Below, piece after piece: positions 27,131-39,099 of a stretch of DNA of 64,000 nt; position 1 is the stretch's first letter, and each line of letters begins with the position of its first letter. The notes beneath the pieces were generated by a model. The model did not search any database and was not told where the DNA came from. It saw only the letters and a program-made list of their open reading frames with translations. Both the position numbers and the translations under genes were made by a program. Source of the DNA: Camelus ferus (Eukaryota); the NCBI RefSeq assembly GCF_009834535.1, contig NC_045696.1:34350001-34414000 (forward strand), read 5' to 3'.

Positions 27131-27574
27131 CCCTACAAGGTGACATTTGCCTGGAGGCTAGAAGAAACACACTGAATAAACTGAAGCTAAAAGCCGTGTC
27201 TTGCATGAGTCTTAAAAATATTTTAAAGCAAACTGAACTTAAAAAGGTGTTTCCTTCATGAAGTGAATGTGATCCTAGAAACAGTTAATAATATATATAT
27301 GGTACATGTATAATATGTATGATATATATGCACACACATACATACATATATAAAGAAATACTCTTTCTTGTAAGAAGTGTCATCAAAGTGCATATTTTGC
27401 AGTAAAATTCATAATAAAGGCAAAAGCTTTTGTCCTTTTCAGAGAATTAAGCTGCATCTTTGTCAGATCACCCCAGGGTTTCACATTTGACATTATCAGG
27501 GGTTACAATAATAGCAAAATAATGATGTTTGAAAGCTTTATTTGAGACAGTTTAAACTTATCAAGAGACTCAGG

Positions 27575-27689
27575 AACAGGGACTGGGGGTAGGGAGGTGG
27601 GAAGGGTATAGCTTAGTGGTAGAGCACATGTCCTAGCGTGCACAAGGTCCTGGGTTCAGTCCCTAGTACCTCCATTAAGGAAAAGAAAA
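27575..27689 (+). mobile_element. tRNA-Ala(AGC)-derived SINE (camelid vic-1-like)
   Basis: gggtatagcttagtggtagagcacatgtcctagcgtgcacaaggtcctgggttcagtccctagtacctcca (about 27604-27674) plus A-rich tail; degenerate TSD aagagactcagg (27563-27574) / aacagtctcagg (27690-27701). Confidence 0.85.
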
Positions 27690-28169
27690 AACAGTCTCAG
27701 GTTTGAAAAACCTTCTGGATAGTGGATGAATAGAGAAAACATTTGTGAAGTTTTATTTTCCTTGTTTGTTGTTTCGTTTGCTTTTGTCTTCAAACTTGCC
27801 AGCTTCAGACTGGTGTGACAGGGTTTAAGTGCCCTGAAATCACCATTTCCTTACCTGAAGGTTCCTCTTTAGGATGTGAGGGTCTGATCAACACCTTTTC
27901 TTCAGCTGTCAAGGGAAGGCCACATATGAGAGATTTTGCATCTTGTTTAGACTTTTTAAGCTGCTTTGTCTGCAGTGTTCTTTATTCTCGACCTAAACTG
28001 CTAGTAAAATTGCCATTATTTCCATCAGTGGACTCTGCTTCCTTTAAGAGTTGCTTTTAAACATGGGCATATAGAGCAAATAGGCTTCTGCCTCTCTTAA
28101 GTGCCTATAATGTTTCCAAACTGTAACTAGGGAAGAATTAAAAATAAAAGCCTTAACTCTTTTCCTCTT

Positions 28170-28352
28170 AAAGTTATTTCCCAACTGTTGTCGCTGAACC
28201 AGCTATGTAAAAATAAACTAATCTACCTGTTTTTTTGAAAATCCGTGTTTCTTGGCCTCATTCCTGATCTACTGGATCAGAACCTGTAATCTGGGATCAG
28301 GGAAACAGTATTTCAACAAGTAACGCAGATGACCCTGGTACCCCATAAAGCA
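28170..28352. mobile_element. MER5-like hAT-Charlie MITE
   Basis: 'ttcttggcctcattcctgatctactggatcagaacctg...gtatttcaacaag...gatgaccctg'. Confidence 0.7.
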
Positions 28353-28759
28353 CTTTTTTTTAAGGTGTCTTTTTTATTCTTATACACCTTGGACTTGTAC
28401 ACAAATTAACTTTTTCATCTGAAAAAAAGCATCTACTTGCATTTTAATAAGTAACTTGGAATTAAAGCTTACATGTTAAATTCTGATTAATTTTGAAGGA
28501 AAGTTATTTTGTTCTATTTTGAAAAATGTATACATTGGCTACTTAACTCAGGAGAATATTTTGTGTATGACAGGACACTACTTAGTAGAAAGAGTATTTT
28601 GACTGTTGTAAATTATCTGATAGTTATATTCCCAATTCAGTGGTTTTATTTCTAGGACAGAGATGATATATTTGGATGTAAAACCCAAATTGGGATCCCT
28701 CTAATCGGTAAACTACATGTGATGTATGACTGAAATTCTAAATTAGAATTGTAAGATGC

Positions 28760-28867
28760 TGTGTGTGAGTGGATTGATAGATGGATGTACATGTACACAT
28801 ACATACACACATAAAGTAGGCAAAATACATGTGTATTTATGTATATATATACACACACACACACATA
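28760..28867. repeat. Compound TG/TA/CA low-complexity microsatellite
   Basis: Directly visible. Confidence 0.8.
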
Positions 28868-28999
28868 CTACTACAAATTAAAGTAATTTTGGGCTTAAGA
28901 TCAGATATTATTTTAGGGAAGACATTTCCCTTTTTTCCAAAGCTGAGATGTTTCCCGTAAGTCTGTTTTCATTTGTTTTTTTTTTAGGCCTGGAAAAGT

Positions 29000-29240
29000 C
29001 AGCATGAGGTTGACTGCTAGGACTTCAAGGCCTAGATCACACAGATCCAGGTTTGTATTCCATCTCCACCTCTTAATGGCTGTGATGCTCTAAGCTAGTC
29101 AGTTCATTTTTTTGTCTCAGTTTCCTCATCTATTGAAATAATGACACTGATAGAAGCTACCTGAGAGGGAAACCAGGACTAGCAACCATGCCTGGTTCCT
29201 AGCTAGCAGTGGATACGTACCCAACATACTTAACTAATTA
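29000..29240 (+). mobile_element. MIR SINE
   Basis: 'ggtttgtattccatctccacctc...gtctcagtttcctcatcta'. Confidence 0.8.
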
Positions 29241-29969
29241 GTAGAGTTTTATTATTTCAGTGACTAATGGACAGATGACTTTTAATGATTGTCTTTCCAA
29301 ATATACAATATTCTTAACATTCTGTGAAGACCAAAAGCAAGTCTGTAATTCACACAGTATTTTTCAATTTTTTATCATAAGTGAAAGTTTTAATGTTGGT
29401 AAGTCATGGACTTTATTGCAATAAAAGAAAAAATTAAGTAGTTCCTTCCAATGGCTTATAGACTTATTGGAAATTTAAGTAATTTTAAATAATATATCGA
29501 GCTGTTTTGTAAGACTGCCCTTAAGAAACTCAATTTTCTGTAGTATTAGTAAAACCATTTTATAACCAACTTGAGTGCACGTGTGTGTGTGTTTGTGTAT
29601 GTGTGCCCTTGCACAGGCATGTGTTTTGACAAGGAGAGTTATGTTTCACTAGCTAAAATGTCTTTAATTTTCAAAATTAATATAAAAAACCCATACCAGA
29701 ATGAATAGTGTTAACGCCAGTGTTGTTTTAGAGTCTTTCCTTTTGTATTTATTTTTATTTATTAAACCAGTGTTTAATAAATGTTAAATTTCTGGAGAAA
29801 TTTACTGGACAATAGTTGCTTCCATTTGTGTAGTTCTTTAGCCTTTACAGAGTAATTTCTATTTTCATATTTAACCATCTTAATAGATATTTCTATTGCT
29901 TTTGATGACAATAATGGTAGCTAGTACACATTGTTACCATCATCATTAACCTTCCAGTCCCACCTTCCT

Positions 29970-30165
29970 TTGTACTACTGTGTCACTTTGTGCAGACTAC
30001 AATGTCCATTTATTATGTGGAATAACAATTATTTGTTTAAGTGCATCTCCACGATGAGAATCTGTGTTCTTTGAGAGATGAAAACATGTATTTTGATCCC
30101 TAACACTTAATTCACTGTTCGGCACATATCTTTGAATAATGATGAATGAATAAATGAGTTAATGA
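29970..30165 (+). mobile_element. L2 3' end
   Basis: 'ctgtgttctttgagagatg...cactgttcggcacata...gaatgaataaatga'. Confidence 0.7.
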
Positions 30166-30179
30166 GAAAAGAATGGCTT

Positions 30180-30508
30180 AGACCTGCAAACTGCGGCCTG
30201 CGTGTCAAAGCCATCCTGCTACCTGTTTTTGGATAGCCCAGGAGCCAGAAATGGTTTTTACGTTTTTAAATTGCTTTTAAAAATCAAAAGTATGATAATG
30301 TATCATGGCACATAAAAATTATAGGAAATTCAAGTTTCAGCGTTCATGAATAAGGCTCTGTTTATACACGCTCGTTTGTTTGGGTGTTGTCTGTGGCTGC
30401 TTTTATGCTGCCGTGAGAGAAAAGAGCAGTTGCAACAGGGATGATACAGCCTGCAAAGCTGAAAATATTTCCTCTCTGACCTTCTGCAGAATGTTTACAG
30501 ATTTCCTG
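30180..30508. mobile_element. MER58B-like hAT-Charlie MITE
   Basis: 'gcaaactgcggcctgcgtgtcaaa...cctgtttttg...gagcagttgcaacag...gcctgcaaagctgaaaatattt'. Confidence 0.85.
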
Positions 30509-30514
30509 GTATAG

Positions 30515-30615
30515 GCAGACTGAGGGTCTTGCCCAGGGTGCTACAAAAAATGAATGATGGATCTGGAATCCAAGTCAGGAGTTTTGATTGCAAATTCAAT
30601 GCCTTTTCCTCTATA
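30515..30615 (-). mobile_element. MIR fragment
   Basis: 'cttgcccagggt...ctggaatccaagtcagg...caaattcaatgcctttt'. Confidence 0.6.
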
Positions 30616-30689
30616 GTATGCTAAGTCTGGGAAATTAATTTTAGTTCTGAACCACATACACTTGGTTTCAATTCTAGAGGTTCTTGTTG

Positions 30690-31335
30690 TTAGCAGAACT
30701 GAATTTGAATCCTGACTCCAGGCTGGCTACAATCCTTCACAGGATCCATTGCAAAATGAAAATGCCAGGGACCTGCAGCCCCACCCCATGGCAGACAGAA
30801 AAGCCTCTGTATTGGGATATGCTCTAGGAGTGGGCTACCCAGTCCCCAGCTACCAGTCCCAGGCAGAGATGGCCACTGAATTCCCCCTATCCCTGTGGAC
30901 CCAACACTGGCCCCCAGGAAAGAGCATGGCATTGAACAAGGAGAAATGCACAATTAGTTGGGGTCCAGAGCATCAGGGGGCAGGGAATGAAGGCAGTATA
31001 ACACAAGACCTGAGGCTCCAAGCCCCTGGCTCATGCTCCATTGTTGCATTGGACTTCACTCACAAAATATAAATTCAGAGATATAATATAAGATTCTCAA
31101 GACAGTAATGAGTGTTAAAGCCCGGGGTGGGCCTTTCTGGGCCTGGTTACACTGATTGCACTTCCATGAAGCCAGCTGTGACTCTGCTACATAACCAGAT
31201 GCGATGCTTTCTCAAGGTAAAGAATCTCTCTGAGCCCCAGTTTATACAGTGATGCAATGTGGTTGTAGTGTCTGTCACACAAAGTTTGCAGTCAGTAGAC
31301 TGTGCATACAAAGCAATTAGCAATGGTCTTGGCTA
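30690..31335 (+). mobile_element. MIR split by a MER45 insertion
   Basis: 'tttgaatcctgactc' at 30704-30718 resumes as 'actctgctac...ctctctgagccccagttt' after 31180. Confidence 0.65.
30719..31180 (-). mobile_element. MER45-family hAT-Tip100 element
   Basis: Ends 'caggctggctaca...tgcaaaatgaaaatg' and 'catgaagccagctgtg' match antisense MER45; 'tgactc' repeated at both junctions. Confidence 0.8.
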
Positions 31336-32819
31336 TTTATTTTTCAATGTCCTGTACTTTCTTCCAGGACTGAATCAAGAAGTATTATTACCATTGTAAA
31401 GGACTAAATTATGTCATTTTTCTATTCTTAAGCTGAAACCAAATTCCTTCCTATCATGAAATTTATCAATGATTAGACCATATGTTCTCCCAAGAAGATG
31501 TCCAAAGGAGAAGTAAATTTAGCCATGAGTTAGAGCCATTTTGGTCCTTGTGAATTAATCTTTCCCTGGGTACTTGTTAACTAGTCTGTACCCTCTGAAT
31601 CTGTACCTTGTAAAGCAAATGAGAAATATTTTTCAGGGCACTTTCAGACCCTTGACTTAGTTGAAGTGTGCTGGGGCAAGTCTCCTAGCTTGATAAATGT
31701 AAGGTCACAAGCATTAAACCTACACCAACACCTATATTGCTTATCCTGATTATTCTCCAGGATTCTACCCAGCAGGAAAAGAAATATCCATTCCCCTTAC
31801 TATCAGCGAAGCAGTCAGCATGCTTTTTTTTTTGGTCTGTTAGTAGTTATACTGCTACCTTGGTCAGATGGCTTCCATGCTAGTGCTCAGCTTCCTTGTA
31901 TGTGGGAGGTGGGGTCTTTGTGATTCTATGTAACCAAGTCATAGCTTTAGGAAAGAAGGCAATAATTCTATTATGTTACAGAAAACTAAGATTGTAAATA
32001 AACTCAATGTCCTCATAAAAGTACCATTAGCAAGAAGATTATCTCACCCATTGAGATGTTGTTTTTAATATGAGGAAGAACATTTCCTCTTTTAGCTTTT
32101 GCTTTTTGTGCTCAGGGTCACATAATAATGTGTCCTAATAAATAATAATTTCCCAGATTTTACTTGTTCTTCACCTTGAGTCACACTCAGCTTTTATTTG
32201 GAAAATAATTTGGTATCCACAAGTGGGTTTTTTTTTTCTCATAAAAACCAGTCATTTGTTTTGAATAATAGAAGCATTCAATTAGTGTTGAATTAAGGTG
32301 ATGCCACAAATTTGCTTAATACTTTAAGTTTAGTTAGTTTGCAACTTACTAAGCAGTGATATTTATTGGTATGTTATATCTCCCATCAAACGGTAACTTC
32401 AAGTGGTATTTGAAATGCCCCCATCTCTGAGAAGCTGATAGCACTGGATAGAAGTAATTCACTAATCCTTCAGACACTGCTGTACTACAGTATCTACTCA
32501 TTCTTATCCTTAGATTTATAATTATAAATTAATGATGGTAACTTCTAACTTTGAGATACTAATATAATATTACAACAGAAAATACTTGATTGATTATAAG
32601 AAGACCACTCCATATTACCCATATCAATATGCTAAGTTTTTTTATGATAAGAAACATCCATTTTCACAGATTTATTATGTTTACAAAGAATTCAGAAGGA
32701 TATGGATTCCTCAACATAGTTAATTAGTCAATATTAATTCCCTAAATGTCTTAGATACTTTCAAGAGTACTAAATAGGATTTTTTAAAGTTATAATATCA
32801 ACAATCCAGTCAAACTATT

Positions 32820-33265
32820 TTCTGTTAATAAAGAAAAGGAATTTGACTTATATATTTGAACACGTCAGGGGTTCAGGGGTTCACACAATGTCATAAAGCC
32901 TCGATTTTTCTCCATATTCTCAACTCTGTTTTCCTCTGTTAGCATGATTATCAAGCTTTCATTATCTTTATAGAAATGAGAATCACAGCAACTGCAGGCT
33001 TACGTTTTACTAGCTTAGCAATGCCAATGGAACAGAAAATCTCTTTTCCAGTAATTCCCAGATGTTCAGTTTCCAGAATTGAGCATCATTGTAATTATTT
33101 GATTAGCCAGCCTGAGGCATGTTGGCAAACCAGAAGCTAAGTGTGTGGCCAGCCTCACCAAAATTACAGGGAAAAAGAATGGAGAGGAGTCACTCTAAGG
33201 AAAATCAGGATGCTGGTACTGGGAGAGAGAATAGCTTATCTATGGGGGAAAACAAGAAATGTCTT
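32820..33265 (-). mobile_element. Old MaLR LTR (MLT1J/K/L-like)
   Basis: 'caactctgttttcctctgtt', 'cagcaactgcaggcttac...agcttagcaa', 'aaggaaaatcaggatgctggtact'. Confidence 0.65.
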
Positions 33266-33829
33266 TTTTAGTTTTACAGTAGAAATAGCCTAATCTTAAA
33301 GACCTCAAATGCATCTTTATAATTTATTTTAAATTATTTTAAAAAATATATATTGGCTGACAGTTTTCAAAATTCTTGTCTCATATTCTCTTTTGTAAAT
33401 ATTACGTATTTTTGAACTGAACAGTACTTAACCCATTACCCTTGATTACATTACATTGAATGTGTTAGTTCCTCTCTTAGGGCAGATAAAATGTTACTAC
33501 TATGTCATAGTTATCACCATTGAAGAATATTTTTGTTGTATCCTTTACCTGAAATCAGTGTGTTATGTTTCTATTTACTTATTAATTTTTTTAGAATTTA
33601 TTTCATCTATGAGAATACTGTCTGGAAATAGTGACTGAGATTATTAACAGTTTCTTTCAGAAAGTAAAAGGATTATTTAAGATCTCTGGAGAGAAAGCAG
33701 ATTTAAGTAAAAAAAAAAAACCACTCAAAAAGAATTTTAATGATATAATAATTGCTAATAGGAAGTAACCATGAAGGAGAAAGGCTATAAAGGGCTGAGT
33801 TAGCTGGAGTAAATGATTGAGGAAACGAG

Positions 33830-34380
33830 TACTAATCAAAACACCATCCCTTCAGTTTTCTCTCCTCTCTATGAAAGAGGGACCCTTCTAGTGCCAGGAT
33901 AAACATTTTCCCTTTCCTCTGAATTCTGTGCCTTCCAGCCACTCCAGGGACCTTGGTCCACCAGCTGTCCCCCATGCCCTTGTCTCTAATCTGTCTCCAT
34001 GATCCTTTCTCTTCCACTCATAAGATCTCTCTCACTCCGTGACTGTATCTTTCTCTAACTACTGCCCATCTCTCTCCTTTCCTTGGCATCTGTCATCCTG
34101 AGGATGACTTCATGTGATATTTTTCCACTTTTTCTTGTTTCATTTATTCCTCAACAATGACCACCACTAGACTCAACTTGCTTTCATCCACATTACAATG
34201 GCCATGCATGTGTCAGTTCCCGCAGATGCTGTGGATCTTCATACAATTTGAACTCCTTAGATGTTTGGCTCTTTAGGCTGACCACTCACATGTTCTTAAA
34301 TCTTTTTTGCCTTTGATTTCCCTAAACAAGTATTTAATTATCCCTCTGACTCCAACCCTTTTTTTTTTCCTCCATTGACT
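33830..34380 (+). mobile_element. Degraded internal L2 fragment
   Basis: Pyrimidine-rich L2-like motifs such as 'ctaactactgcccatctctctcctttcc' and 'gctgaccactc'. Confidence 0.6.
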
Positions 34381-34974
34381 CAGCTCACTTGCAAGTAGCT
34401 TTTTTTACCCTGTCGCTCCTTTATAACCCATGGAGTCACGAAGCTAGCAAATCACACAGCCAGAGTTAAACAGAGTTCTGCTGGTCTGAGACCCATGCCG
34501 TTACTGTTATAAACCCTGTAGAAAATATAATGTCACATTCATCATTTTAAACCCTAAATCTGTTTAGGGGCTTTAAAACAAGATATACTGCCATAGCCCT
34601 TTTTGCTGAATAAGACACAAAGGACATTTTTAGAAGTCTACACAGAAAACGCCAGTAAAAATTCATGGAATTACTCTACTTCTTTTCTTCCTTCTCACTC
34701 TGACACTTCCTATATCATTTTGGCTGGTGCATTTATTAGAATCCATTTTCTTGAATTCTGATTCTTGCCTTTACATTTTGAACTTTTTAATCTGTTACTA
34801 AAATATAATGCACAGGGGAGGTGATTGAACACAAAAGACATTTTTTATTTTATGCAAAACAGACTTCAACACTTCAGATTTGGGCTTATTTGGTATCTCT
34901 GATATATGATAGAATATTTTTTAATTTATCTTAAATTAAAAATGATATTCACAGGCAAAGGTTTCAAATGATTA

Positions 34975-35432
34975 AAATTATCGTTTTGAAATAATAGATT
35001 CACAAGAAGTTGCCAAACAGTACAAAGAGTTTGCAGGCACACTTGACAGTTACCCTAAAAGTTACATTTCACAAACTTTAATACATTATCAAAACCAGGA
35101 AATTAGCTTTGTTAAAATGTGCTTGCATATTTCAATACCATTTTATTAAAAGTGTAAATTCATGAAACTACCACCACAAACAAGATACAGGACTATTCTG
35201 TCACTACAAATAACCCCTTCATGTTGCCCCCACTCTCTCTCCCATAACCCTGAGCCCCTGACAGCCAATACTCTGGTTTCCATCTGCCTAATTTTGTCAT
35301 TTTGAGAAGGTTATATGAATGTAATCATATAGCATATGAAATTTTGAGATTGGCTTTTTTCACTAAACAGCGTGCCCTTGAGATCAGTCTAAGCTATTGT
35401 ATATATCAATAGTTGGTTCATTTTTATTGCTG
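34975..35432 (-). mobile_element. L1MC-like 3' end
   Basis: 'tttgaaataatagattcacaagaagttgc...tcaaaaccaggaaatt...gattggcttttttcactaa'. Confidence 0.85.
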
Positions 35433-37056
35433 TGAATGCCTTTTGTTGCTTTGTAGTGAAGCATTTTACATTTAAATTGTTGCAGTATCCCTCAAGAATG
35501 GACTCAAATGTAAGCTAGTTGAACTGTACACATGCATTATGGAAATAATAGAGAAGAAGAGGCAATAGAATTTGGATAACTGTGCCTTCTTAAAATCTAA
35601 CAGTTTCTTTGATGGAAAGTTCTAGGAGGGACTTAACCTGTTCCTTAGTAGAGTGAGTGGTTAGCTACATGCTGTAATCTGAGTCTAAAGGCGCCCTTCA
35701 TAAAAAAATAGTTCTCTAGGTTTACCTTAGTCCCTGAAATTCCCATCATAAATCAATTCTTTTAATAATAATTGGCAGTAAAAATGTTTCTTTACTTATA
35801 ATTTCATTACATATTTGGAAGGGCATGGAAGAACTAAAGTATTAATCCATTATCCTGCTAATTGTAATGGCAAATATATGAGGGAGTAAGGGTAGTTGAG
35901 AACTCTGGCCAGTGGAGCAGCTAGTTTAAAGAAAACACATTCTCTACACACTATTTGAAATTCTGTGAAACTCAGTAACCTAAAAAAATTAAATTAAATT
36001 AAATCTCTTACTTTCGAAAATTTCCCAAGAACTGCTACTTATGCCTCACTCATGGTCACTTTTTTTTTTGCCACCTCATCTCTTAAAATTAGAGATTGAT
36101 TAGTTTGGGAGAAAGAATCTCTTCATTCCTATTAAGGTTATATTGTATACTCACTCTTCTGGAAATTGAAGAATATTTGAATATTAACAATCCAGCAACC
36201 CAAAACAATAGCATTTATAAGAGACCAACACTTTGAAATAGGTTATAAAGCATCACTTGAGCTGTAACAGAATTTTATATATCAAGGTTTTTGCTTCAGT
36301 AAAATGGTTTCCTGGAAAACAGACTCTAAAATAATGACAACTACTATGTTATTAAAGTCAGAGAAGTCATGATGAAATATCCACGTATGTGATGGTTCTA
36401 AAATCCTTACAGCAAAACACGTCTTTCTGAAAGAACAAGAGGCTGGAAATCTCTACAGATTACAAATCAGAGAACTTCATAACACTCAGATTCCTCTCAA
36501 AACAAACCAGTGGCACTTAGTCTCTAGTGTATCAGGATGTCTGCCGCAGGAAAAGATTGATTTTCCTCTACCAGAGACTATAGTCAAGTAATTTTTAAAA
36601 GCTGAAAAATTCCTCTAAGAACTATAAAAGAACAGCCACTCATTCAACTTCAGGAATGAAAGGACTTGTTCTATGGGCGCTGTAGTTGGGTCTTAGCAAA
36701 GCTAAGTTTCGTGATGAAGGTTTCCACGTTCAGACAGGCTTCTATGAAATACCTCAAAGTCTGGCTGACAGACTCCATTATTCAGGTGGACCTATATAAT
36801 TTAAGTCCCTAGGGTTTTACCTGTGTGTATCTAAAATTATGCCAGAAGTTTTCTACAGGTAGTTATAGTTTATATTTACTCAAGAACAGTCTCAGAGATC
36901 AAAGTATTAATAAAAGCAAAAGTGAAAACAACTTATAAAAAGTCTTTTTATTTGTGCTAGTGGCCTCAATACAGGCTAAAATTATTTTAACTTCTTAAGG
37001 TAACATTAATATGTTATTCTGGATTCTGTTTACATTATTTCTTTAGTATTTCGTAT

Positions 37057-37569
37057 TGTTACCAAGTCCAAACTCGATCTGCTCACTGCACAACAGGCCA
37101 ATAAATAGGAAGACAAGGTGTTGGGGCAAGGAATAGCAACTATTCGGAAAGCTGGCAGACCAAGAAGATGCCAGACTAATGTCCTGGAGAACTGTCTTCC
37201 CCAAGTCAGAATTCAGGCTCCTTTTATACTAAAAAGGGGAGGAGGTGTGCCTGTTGCAAACTTCTTGGTGTCAGAATCCTTTGTTCTTGCAGCTGTTCAC
37301 GTGGGTCAGATCACAGTGTCCCTGTAAACCTCTAACAAAACAAATGTTATTTGCTATTCTGCAACTTGCTATCTTTATATAAATGGAAAAGTGTTAATAT
37401 CCTTAAAGGTCAGAGCCTTGAGAATGGGCTATCCTGTATTTCAGGCTATAGGCAACATTCTTTTACAAATGGTGTGGAACCAGTGAGATTAAGTCTAGGA
37501 AACAGAGCACAGGGTTAAAGTTGAAGGAACAGATCCAATATGGAGTCAGATTAGCTCTTTTCTATTACA
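37057..37569 (-). mobile_element. ERV1-class solo LTR (513 bp)
   Basis: TG...CA termini, 4-bp TSD gtat/gtag (1 mismatch), TATA box on minus strand (plus 'cttttatact' near 37221), U3 start 'ctgactccatattgg'. Confidence 0.9.
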
Positions 37570-37964
37570 GTAGTTTTCACTTTAAGATGTTAAATGTGAA
37601 TTGTGTTCTTCCTGAATGTACTTTATGTTTGATGTGTACATTGTGTGTCCTGTTTTGAAGTACTTTGTGCTTCAAATGCAATTAAGTTCTTGCCATAGAT
37701 ATCATATTAGCGTATTGCTGGTCCTTCACTGTCCCTTTCTTTTACAAACAAGGCAGGGCACGGCAGTAAGGTCTACATAGAAAAAAAAATTTTTTTCATC
37801 TATGTCTGTGCATTGAGTTCTCATTATTTGAGTTAAGTTATATATTTTTCAGATAATTTGGACATTTTATATGTTTTATTTCCATTTTTAAGTCCTAATT
37901 TCTTATTTAGAGATGGACTGTGTTCTCTGAAAAGAGGATTTTGGCATTTGCACTCAGAAATCCA

Positions 37965-38242
37965 TCCACTGGATTATAAATTCCTTATGAACAAGGGTTT
38001 TATTCCTCATCAGATCCTCAGCACTTGGCACACAGCAGGCAGGCAATCCTTCTGACTTTTTTTAAGGGAGCACTAACTGTGTGCTAGCCTTCTAGGCGCT
38101 AGGGATAAGCAGTAACCCCAAATCCTCTCTCTTGTGGAGCTGACATTCCAGGGGGAGGAGAGGAACAGTAAACAGATAAATAAGCATAGCGTGACTTAAT
38201 AGAAGTGGTGTAAAGACAAAGCAAGATAAGTGAGAGAGAATG
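37965..38242. mobile_element. Two L2 3' fragments tail-to-tail (+ 37965-38047; - 38060-38242)
   Basis: 'cagcacttggcacacagcaggc' followed by 'gagcactaactgtgtgctagcc...gtggagctgacattccag'. Confidence 0.7.
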
Positions 38243-38269
38243 CCTACTTTATACAACTTTGCAATTTAA

Positions 38270-38410
38270 TAAATGAGAAAAATAAGGCTCATAAAAGGAC
38301 AAATGACTTTTCTAAATCACCCAGCTGCAAAGCAACATAGTCAGTATTTGTTTTGGGGGAGTTTTTTTGAACTACAAATCCAGTGTTATTTCCACGATAG
38401 AGTACTGGCT
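38270..38410 (-). mobile_element. MIR fragment
   Basis: 'aaatgagaaaaataaggctc...aaatgacttttctaaatcacccagct'. Confidence 0.65.
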
Positions 38411-39099
38411 TTTAGTGTTGGAAATGGGAAAAAGACACTATTCTGTAATATTACAGCTCCTTCTCTTGAGCATGAAGTTTCAATGAACATGTTCCTGTTT
38501 AAATACAAATTCTTCAAGGATAATAATTGTATCTTAACTACATAAGATGATTTACTGCTTTTGAAACAGAAATTCCAAGTTTTTCACACTGGAGTTGAAT
38601 TTTTTGGATTTTTAGGAATTTTCTAGGAAATAGTGAAATGTCATTTTATGGCTAATTACCCTGTTAATTTGCTTTAATTAAAATACTCTTATGGCAAGTA
38701 TATTCAGAAATGTTAATTTTTACAAGTAAGTGTATTATTCTTTTTTAAGGTATATAGTACACACACACATACACATACACAAACATCCAAATACAAAATG
38801 GGAAGAAACATGAATATAAAATTTATAAAATTAAATATACAAATGATTACTTAATATATGAAAATGCAAAATGGCATATATAAATTTTATATGCACATTT
38901 AATTCTATACAGGAATAGAAAAAAAACTAGAAAAAGTTAATCAAAAATATACTAACAGTAGGTATTTCTGTTTTCTGGAATTAAGTGATTTTTATTTTCT
39001 TCATAATTTTTTATTTATGTAAATTTTCTATCGTTGCCTATAATATATATGTACTACCTTTCTAAAATTTCTAAATTTTATTTGCTCTTTGATTGTTTT

